DNA of 63,241 bases, counting the filler, from Perkinsus chesapeaki ATCC PRA-425 (lineage: Eukaryota > Protista > Perkinsozoa): NCBI GenBank assembly GCA_013115145.1. It is 6 parts of 6 records of this genome, joined end to end, with 100 filler letters (N's around TTAATTAATTAA, not from the genome) between each part and the next. Parts side by side here need not be neighbours in the genome. Positions count along the whole stretch, not along the records: positions 37,910 to 53,704 come from JAAPAO010000720.1; positions 53,805 to 55,062 come from JAAPAO010002075.1; positions 55,163 to 61,899 come from JAAPAO010001065.1; 3 more parts are not named here. One strand, written 5' to 3'. A model generated the notes under the pieces. It worked only from the letters and a program-made list of their open reading frames with translations, was not told the origin of the DNA and searched no databases. Positions 50,929 through 60,400 of the stretch are shown here, one piece after another (the first letter of the stretch is position 1; each line of letters starts with the position of its first letter). Made by a program: the position numbers and the translations under genes.

Positions 50929-52458
50929 GTGTCATCGGGGACTTTCTCCGACATATTCTGTCCGAATTTATACCGCCCTAAAGTGGAGAACGGAAGCAGT
51001 AAATTAGCCAACAATACGGGCTTGCTGCCCGAGCACGGTGACTCTCTGGAGGGGTCCCAACACGACGACGCGCTCGACGATGAAGCTTACGATTCTTCTG
51101 GGAACCGCGAGCCTCCGAAACTTCGCTCTTCAAAACGAACTGCGGCAAAAGCGATGTCTGCAGCTTCGCAAAAGCTCATTGCAGCGAGTTACGATTACCG
51201 AGCCGAGGGCTGTGACGAATGTTCGAGACTCCAATTTTCGGGATGCTTGCCGGCGGACATGGACAGGATTATTGGGAAGCGAGGATATCTTGAAATGGTC
51301 GATAAGTGTTCCAATGAGATGGACGAGCGGCAAAGGGGAGCCACTACACGAGCTCATAAGAAAAATCGGGGTAAGGATGTTGGACTTGTAAGCTGTTCGA
51401 AAATACCCTACCACGACTACGTTGTAGCCGTTACAGGCTCATTTTCCTTTCCTTTATTTCCCCGGGAATGTACATAATTATTTGCTAGTTAATCAGCATT
51501 TAACAATCTGTGGGAAACGAACTTGGGTCGCATGGACTATAGTTGAGTGCTCTACCACGCAAGCAGTCGAACGGCCGATTAGTAATGTCGAGAAGTTACG
51601 GTTGTCAGGGTGGATTTTGGCGGAGGAATGGAAAGCTGGTATCAGTTCCACTAAGAAGCGTCCACGACCTAAGAAACCCGCTGATGAGTAAGTCCGCGGC
51701 AGGGATCGAACCCGGGTTGTTAATATGTTAGAGTGGCGCTCTAACCAGTTAAGCAGACCGAGTACAGGTCCGTTGTGAAGATCGAACCGACACCCAAGCC
51801 TCCGCCTATCAGCATCGAGGACATTCTGCGGGAAACAGTATCCATAGAATCTTCATCAACGCCGCCCTCTTCTCCACCACCGAGCGAGTCCAGCACGGGA
51901 ATGCAGTCGAGTCCTTATCGTTGGACTGCCGAGGAGAATCAACGGTGAGTTTCTGTGTGACTATGTGTTAAGGAAAGTCATATTAAGCCAAGGGGAACAC
52001 GTCGAAACGATCGTGATTGCCGAGCATCAGATTGTGTGATCATCTTTGTTTGGGTTTTATCGGTTCCAGCGCTGGCGCTAAAAGTGATATCGCCGATGGA
52101 ATTGAACTACTTTCCGTGGATGTCCCTTCGCAACTTAGGTTCGTCGACGCTGTTAGCCTTTACGGTCGAGACTGGCGCAAAGTGCACGCTTATGTCGGCA
52201 CCCGCACTAGAGCGCAAATACGGTGGGTTGCTCCACGGCAACTTAACATTATCTCATTGCAGATCACATGCACAGAAGTACTTCCAGTCGCTCAATCAGC
52301 AGATTGCCGCGGTCACCGAAACCTCCAATCTCGAAGATGAGATCCCTGTGGAGATTCACCCTATCATACCAACCAGCAGCGACACCGCTCCCGAGGAGCC
52401 GGCGGCGCCCGCCCACGCCGTTTCTGAGCAAGCAGTGGTAGACTCTTCTGAGACTTAA
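50929..52458 (+). CDS. SHAQKYF-class single Myb/SANT-domain protein (multi-exon)
   Basis: Spliced RWTAEENQR..FVDAVSLYGRDWRKVHAYVGTRTRAQIR-SHAQKYF. Introns inferred at 51371-51607, 51688-51767 and in the Myb domain. Confidence 0.85.
51502..51572 (-). pseudogene. Highly decayed tRNA-like relic in Myb intron 51371-51607
   Basis: Reverse complement: GCTT GCGTGGTA GAGC A CTCAA CTATAGT CCATG CGAC CCAAG TTCGTTT CCCAC. D-arm intact and spacing to the T-loop canonical; other stems broken. Confidence 0.4.
51692..51763 (-). pseudogene. Decayed tRNA (AAC/Val-like anticodon loop) relic filling Myb intron 51688-51767
   Basis: Reverse complement: GCTT AACTGGTTA GAGC G CCACT CTAACAT ATTAA CAAC CCGGG TTCGATC CCTGC CGCGGAC T. 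Intact D-arm, B-box and canonical spacing. Confidence 0.6.
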
Positions 52459-53704
52459 CAGTTTACCAAAATTACGTACAATAGATTATTCTCTCCATTG
52501 TTTATTTGAGTTCAGTTTGTTACTACCAAAACGCAACACTGGCTGTCAACGAACAACACAAGACAAGACGGTGCTTCAAAGGAAGGGTTCTGAATGAGTA
52601 GCGCGGAGTGACGCTCGAGCCTGACGAAGATAGGCGATAATAAATGATGGAAGGAATGCCCTCACTGATTGAGACTTGACATTTCATCAGCGATACAAAC
52701 AGTATTGTAAATTGCGAAAGTATATATTTAGTGTAACAATTTGTGATACCAGATATATAATTTTGTGCAATGCTATTGTTAGAGTAAAAATATACAATTG
52801 TACAAAAAAGGGTATCTTAAAATGTCGTGAAGATTTCCACGGAGCCTTTCGCGTGAGCGTATTCTCGATCCTAGAGATAGTCACGAAAATCAATCCTCTA
52901 CAGTAAAGTAGCTTGCGAGAAATAATTTCCAAAAAACATTCACGAGGTTTCTAAACCTCCTCTGCAATGCTTTGTCGACTATATATAAAGCTTGTAAACG
53001 TAACCGTATAATATGCGACCTGCAGGAGACCTAGTGCCTCCAAAAATCAATCGAAATTTCGCAAATCTTTACTGATGAAAGAAACTGTGTAATACGATAG
53101 CGATTGCACGACGGCTGACCTGTAATCTCATATTCTCGTCCCGAATTCTGAGAGCCTTGAAATCGATTCTCGGCTTCCTTGAAGGTTTACCGAAACTGAT
53201 CCGAGGTGGGCTGCGGCGGGAAGACTCGAAGCAGGAGAGCCTCGTTAGGTTGATAACCTAGAAGCGACACAGGCTTCATAGTGGAATGAAAAACGTGTTA
53301 TTTTTCCCTCACTTTTATGCCGCATCCTTACATTCATATATTCACTTTTTTGCGTCAAATTTGTTATTGCTATCACTACTGACAATGTAATACTATCAAC
53401 ATTATAATTACTAATGGTATACTATAATATTTTCGCAATAATTTCATTAAATTAATGACATTAATTATCTATTTTTTCCAGCTTACATCTTGGACACCGT
53501 ACGTGCCTGGACCCGGGCCACCACCATGCTTCCCTCCTCCGTGTAGCGGTGGCCGAAGAGATCGAGCAAAACCGTGCAGCCCTAAAGAGGCGAAAATCAA
53601 CGGCAACGCGGCGAGTGCAAAACTCTCGGATGATGTCGCTGGCGCGCGCGCTCCATCCTTAAATGATGTCACGTCACCCCCCATCAGTCCGTTCATTGCA
53701 TTCA

Positions 53705-53804
53705 NNNNNNNNNNNNNNNNNNNNNNNNNNNNNNNNNNNNNNNNNNNNTTAATTAATTAANNNNNNNNNNNNNNNNNNNNNNNNNNNNNNNNNNNNNNNN
53801 NNNN
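53705..53804. other. Assembly gap with artificial six-frame-stop linker
   Basis: N44-TTAATTAATTAA-N44. Confidence 0.97.
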
Positions 53805-54619
53805 CTAGAGGTACACCAAATCTGAATGAATATGCTCGTGTAAGTCATGAGCTTAGATTGATTGATGATATGTTGTACTGGAACAATGGCAATGGTGAAT
53901 TGTTACCATGACATCTATGATATGAAAATACGGTATATAGGTCAGTCTATCTCGTAATCGTAGGCGGTGGTGTAGCTCGTCAGTCATTTATATTCGAGCT
54001 AACACGCTTATGTTCCCGTAGGCCATATTCTCCTCAGTTTTGACTCAAAGTAACATTGTTCGAGTCGTTAGACGAACCAAGCTTTTTCTTGACACTTTAT
54101 GTGCTACCGTGCGACAAGAACGTACATGTGGTTCGCTCATTAGGAAGTATGACCGTCATCTGCCATAATGGACAGATGGTATCTATGTCATTTCTAGTTG
54201 AGAAGTGTCCCTGAACACCTCAGCCGTATGCGCTCAAATCTCAGCTAGAAAGTTTTCAGTAAAAATAAACTTGTTGCGTTTGAAGTGGAAAGACATCATG
54301 TGGTAGAATGTCTAGTCAAGAAAGAACTTGCCGAGATGTGGTATATTGAGCGGAGATACCCGATCGGGGCCGCTAAGATCGAAAGTGGAAAAACCAACAG
54401 TCTCCACAGCGGGTGGGATATCGCATCTTCGGGTTTCGTACTTGGGCAGCAGCTTTCCGACGTCACGTCGGCGACGTGTAAGTGTATTCCTTATTAGATT
54501 CTTGTAAGCAAACGTACTAACCACTTGAGGAGACAAAGAAGAGTTACGTTTCCATCGATGCATGTGTAGGAGGGAAATTCCCTGGCTGTTCAGCATGAAC
54601 AATATGAGAGTACCAGCGG

Positions 54620-55062
54620 CTAATAACCAGCCTCCAGGCGGCGGAGTGTGGCAGGTTCAGATGGAGATTGAGGTGTTCTAGCAAATACATCAGGTAATAA
54701 TGAGACCCTTTCCTGTCTTCCACCATTTACAGTCGCTAAAAAACCAACGCTGCTGTCACAAAATTTCACCATTTGAAACTCACTGTCCGAGGGAGTTGCT
54801 GGCTCCTTGAAGATCTTTCCAACTTCAGTGGCATCGAACTGATCACGGGGCTTATCTACTTCCATATCGTCACTAGGTGCCATCGGGGGCTGCTGTCCCT
54901 GTCCGCCCCCCGACTCCAGCAGAGAAACACTCAATACTTCTGGTCGGATCAGGGCCGGGAAAATCCAGTCTGGTGGGTTCCGGTTAGGTCTATTTAGTTT
55001 TACGTCATCAACCAACTCTCTCTCACGAAGGCGGATGGGGCAGCGCAGTGCACCCAAGCGAG
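54620..55062 (-). mobile_element. Possible C-terminal fragment of a retroelement pol (ORF open to the gap)
   Basis: Intronless ORF tail RLGALRCPIRL... weakly recalls BEL/Pao integrase C-termini (G.L.RPI.KL) and sits between gaps next to retroelements. Weak support. Confidence 0.25.
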
Positions 55063-55162
55063 NNNNNNNNNNNNNNNNNNNNNNNNNNNNNNNNNNNNNN
55101 NNNNNNTTAATTAATTAANNNNNNNNNNNNNNNNNNNNNNNNNNNNNNNNNNNNNNNNNNNN
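55063..55162. other. Assembly gap with artificial six-frame-stop linker
   Basis: N44-TTAATTAATTAA-N44. Confidence 0.97.
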
Positions 55163-57411
55163 TGTCTGATGTCTTAAGTAATACGGAGTCTTTGGTAGTC
55201 CTTGATTCTACTACTGATTTGCCTAATACGCAACATGGTGCATCATCCGAGAAACGTGAATTGGTTTCCCCTCCGACATTAAGACCTACGACTTTATCTG
55301 TTGCTACTATAGTATCTACTTCTTCAGCGAATAATGAATTTGGGCAGTTGTTACTATCTTCCAAATATACAGATGCTGTGGAGAATTGGAAGAAGACTAA
55401 CCCCAAAGAAGCTGGTGATATTGATAATGATTATTGCCAAGATGATCAATTACGTGGTTATTCATCTACCGAATTCTGGCAGAGAGATCAGTCGGCGTGG
55501 GCTACTATGTCTACGTTCGATATACTTTTGGAGGTACTAGGGGTTAAGGGCAATGGCAATCCTTGGGTTGTTGAGGCACCTTTTCCTCCTAAGTCTATGT
55601 TATATAATCCCAATTGGTATGATGATTGGAAGGATCTCCCCTTAGGCACCAATATTAGGGGCTTTGTAAAGGCCTTCAAATTAACTTATATGTCTAAGGA
55701 TTGGGATGCCAAAACATGTCTAAATTGGTGGAATAGTCTATGTGAGATTATTGTACGTTGTTCAGAGCTGAGGACTCATCCTGCCTTATTGCTCTTGGTT
55801 CTGATTTATCTCCTCCCTAAGCCTTTTTCGGTTGACCTTAGAAGCTCAGTTGTTAATGCTATGATAGCTGTTAACAGCTGCACGCTAGCTAAGGATGCTG
55901 CGGACAAGTGTGTATTATTGGTGTGGTTATTACATGTTGGTAAATATCGCCAATCTATTAAGGAGGCTGATGAAGAGGAGAAGGATACGTGGGTTACTCA
56001 TCGGCGTATGTTTATTTCTGCGGTTACTTCCCTTCTCAACAAGTTCATGGCTGATGTCAGTGCTTCTCTTGCTCTTCCTAAGGAGAAAACGATAGCTGAT
56101 AGGATCGGTTTTTATCAATCCTTGAAACTTACTACTGTTATTAATGACGTTACATCTTTCCAGGATATTTTCACACTGGAAGATAAATTATTTCAGGAAC
56201 TTAATAGTTCTGAAGTAATTAATGTATCTGTGTTATCTATGAAAGAGCGTTTTCTAAAGCTAAGGTATATTCTATCTTGGCCCCTTAAGCGTCTAACAGA
56301 TAACAAGAAATGTTCAACATTGGTACCCTTATTGAATGATGTTAAGCTGGTTAGTTCTCTTCTTGAGAATTCTAAGGTTATTTCTGAAAAGGACTTTGAT
56401 GACTTCAAGGAGAAGACTGTGGCTCTTGACCGTTATGTAAAATCTATTTGGCCTTCTTTCTTTTCAGAATTGAAAGCTCAAAGTAGTGTTCCTGGTCCGG
56501 TTACCACATCAACTACAATGCCAAGCCTTAAGGATAAGTCTTCCTCTGTGAACGCCTCTAAGAATGAGAATATCCCTGATTCTTCGGTTGGTAAAAATAC
56601 TAAAGAAGATTCTTCAGCGACTAGAGCTATTGGTGACAAACCTGCTACCCCTGGTAAAGCTTCAACTTCTACTGGTATTCCTCCGGGAACTTATTGTTTT
56701 AAATGTGGTAGTAAAGACCACTGGGCAAATCATTGTCCTGTGCGCAATGCTACTGAAGCACGGTCATCAACCCCTTCTTCAAGTTCTTCTTCATCATCTA
56801 GTACTCCATCGCCTGGTAAGGGTAAAAGTACTGGAAAGTCCGGCAAGGGCAAGGGCAAGAAAGGTTCTGGTAACTATCAAACTAAGTTTGGAAGATCTAT
56901 TCGGCAACCTGATTTCTTTACTGGCGGCACGGTCTCTACTCCTATGGCTGGTGGTAATCTGGTGAGTGAAGTTCCTTTGAGAATGGAGCTCAGCCAGAAA
57001 GCTTTTAAGCCCTATCGGTGTATTTGGGATAGCGGTTCTGAGATTTCTTTGATTGATTCTGATATTTGTCCGTATTTTTGGCGCATTAATCCTATTGATA
57101 TTAGCGGTATTAAGCCTTTTGAAACCGACAAGGCTGCTGAATTTATCGTTGGCTTTAAGGATTCTGATTCGCCTGGAATGATAGCTCGTGCTCTTCTTTG
57201 TCCCCCTGGCAGCCTTCCAGGCGATGCTAAGGTGTTATTAGGTAGAGACTTTTTAGCTGAGTCAGGAATTAATTTGAGATTTCATGGCGCTGCTAATAGT
57301 GATAATTCTTCGAAGGTCTTAGACAGTAATACTAAATTAGATCGTGCTGAATCTTCAAATTTTCCTCAAGGCTCGGGGGCTTCCAGGCCAGCCTCGGGGC
57401 TGAGTCAGTAG
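55163..57411 (+). CDS. gag: Retrotransposon Gag-protease (ORF1; frame open to the gap, probable ATG at 55162-55164)
   Basis: Zinc knuckle CFKCGSKDHWANHC (56695-56736) and aspartic protease motif IWDSGSEISLI (DSG at 57028-57036) in the same frame. Confidence 0.85.
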
Positions 57412-60400
57412 AATGTGATAATTCGATTTATAGGCCTGTTGATAGGTTGAGCTTTTCAAAAGAGAATTTTCATAAGTCGGGAATCTCTCCGTTATGGAAT
57501 CCTTCATTAGATAGCTCCCTTAGTAGCAGGAATGTGAATAGTTGTAATATATTATATAAGTTAGATCGTAAAGATTTATGTGAAGCGCGAAATTGTTCGC
57601 GTTCGTTGATTTCTTTTAGTTCAAAAGATGAACTTTCTGTTGGCTCCTCAGCCTTGGCTCCTTGTAACCTGCGTCGGTGGTCCTCGAGATCCATTAGTAG
57701 GCCAGGAGTTGTACGGCGAAATGAGGAGGAGAGTCCGTCTAGAGATGTTCATCATCCACCATCCTCTTTGAAGGATAGTATTTCCTTCACTAAACGGCAT
57801 CATCAACATTATTCTCAACATCATCGGTCGGTTTTATCTGCTATTGGTAACTTGAAGAAATATGATATGGCAAGTGACGACTACATCAACAAATTGGTTG
57901 AAATCCTGCTTCTTCAAGTCGAGGGTGAGTCTATCAAGGTTCCTGGTGCTCCTAAGTATTCAGCAAAGGTCAGAGCACTGCGTCATGGAGAGCTTCCTGA
58001 TACTCCAGAACAGCGTTGGGTCTTCGAGATTGATTATGAGCCTATTGACCAGCATGAGATGGAAGCTCGGCGAGCCAAACTGGAGAAGCAAGGCAAGCTA
58101 GACTGGATTGTTTCTGGATCCAAGTATGATTATTCGGTTAAGAAGACTCGAGAACTTGATGCAACTCACCGTAAGCAGATGGATGATGAGGTTGATGGTT
58201 TTGTCAACAAGAGAGGCTGGTGGGTTCCTATTTTGGCCCAAGATGCTGAGGTGAACAACTTGCCCAAGATTATTACTTTTCCCCTTGTACAAGGGGACCA
58301 TAAGACAACTAAGTGTCGGTTGGTGAGTGATGCTAGACTAATTAATTTGGATTTACCTGACAGTTCCTATATTGGTGATGATATATATAGGATAACTAGA
58401 CAGGCTAGGGCGCGCTTCCGTAAAGGCCATCTTGCTCGGTTTAAGGATTTATCCAAAGCCTTTTATAGGCTAAGGCTAACTAAGAACATTGTGATTGTTT
58501 GCAACAATCAGTTCTTCTTAACTGATAGATTAATATTTGGACTGCGGTTTGGTCCTAGTGCCTTAATGGCTAGTACTAATATGCTGAAGCAAGTGGTTTA
58601 TAGGGCTTTCGAAATCGCTAGTGGTCGTCTCTCACCTGAAGAAGGGGTTTTTTCCTTTCATCTAGAGAGAGCCCCAGTGGCTCCTATTGGTTTCAATGCC
58701 TCCATGGATGTCTATTATGATGACTTCCTTATTATGGGTGAATCGAAATATGTCGAATTTGCAGATAGAGTGTTACGTTTGGCTGCCCCTTATTTAGGTA
58801 TGGATTTTCCTAATGATAAGTCGGAGACTATTGACGGTGAGCCTCAACGCCATTTGGGTAGTATGTGGCATATTAGCGATGATGGAATGTTAGTCATCAA
58901 CTGTATCTCGCCTGAGGAACCTCTTATAGATTGTTGTCGGTTGAGTAAACGATTGGCCTTTCATCATGCTGGTTTAATCTATGATATTACTCGTTGTCAT
59001 CCTGTGGCCAGATTCTATGCAGATGAGATTCGTAGATGGTTTGGCAAGGTTGGTGACAATAAGAAGAAGGGTGACTGGAATCGCCTCTTCGACCTATCTG
59101 TTGAGCAAAGGTGTTGTTATTTGGAAACTATGAACAAGGCCCTAGAGAATATGTGTTCATGCAAGGGGCATGGATGCATTGGTAATCGGAAGGTTATTGT
59201 TGGCCTAGGTGATGCTTCGGTTACTGGTTATGGTTATATTCTTTATGCTTGTGAAAGTTTTTATCGTAATGAAATTGATGGTATTCCTGTTATGTCCTCA
59301 CCTATGATACTTGAGTCTTCGGCTTATCATTATCCACCAGATTCTACATCTTCTAGATGGCATATCAATCGGAAAGAGATGCAAGTTCTTACAATATTGT
59401 TACAAGTTGCTCATGGTTGGGTTATGAGTCTTAGATCTGAGGATCGTAAAGGCTTTGATATCCATTTATTTACTGATAATTCATCTGCTTTGTCGTGGTC
59501 AAACAATGGTAAATGTGACCTTAACGGTTATAATGCTGTTGCTGTCCGCAATATGATTGGATGTCATGATGATATCAAGGATGATTTGCTGAAGTACAGT
59601 GTATCATGTGAAGTATCTAGGATATCATCTGAGGCTAATGCTCATGCCGATTATCTTTCTCGTCTTTCTGAACAAGTCCCTAATTTTTCTCCAATTACTG
59701 ATGCTCAATTTTTGAGTGGTCGTGTAATGGATTATGATATATCTGATGGTTTAGCATCACAATCAGTTACTAATGGTACTCTGCTATCCCTGCCTGCGTT
59801 TGGTATAGGATGTGGTAGAAGGAAAATCGGCTATGTTCCTTCTCCTTCTCCACAACCTATTGGCCTGCCGGCAAATACTTTGGCGGAAGGCAAGGTGATT
59901 ACCTTCCAATTATTAGATGCCTCTTGCTATGGGCTTAGTAGGGGGGTATTCGTTACGGTTTATGTCAGTGGTAACCTAGATGGTACGAATGGCTATGGAC
60001 CTTCGACGAGTTCTACTCTACTGCCTGGAACTGGTACCTGTGCTAACATTAGGGTATTATCTGGAAATTCAGATGATGTATCTGATAAAGACGGTGGTAC
60101 TGACCATGTCTTGATTCCTAAGACACTCGCTGAGTTTGTGAAACTTTCTGACGATGAATTTAGTCAGATTCTTAGACTACTGCAGAAGTCTACTCCTGAC
60201 TTAATAGAAGGTGTACCGATTAAGGATATTATTGTTTTCTTGGAAGGTATTTCTCCTTCGGCTTATCCTTATACTAACTACGAGAAGACTGAGAGACTAG
60301 CTACCTTTGGGTCTTCAGGTGGTTTGGTGCGTCTAGATAATCGTCATTTATTGGTTTTATTCACTCCTGGAGAGCCTCCAGATAAGCTCCCTCTTTATCG

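Noticed and set aside
53455-55406. ORFs ending in X...LIN (also 37488-37865 and 55107-55406)
   Set aside because: Artefacts of translating through N runs into the linker.
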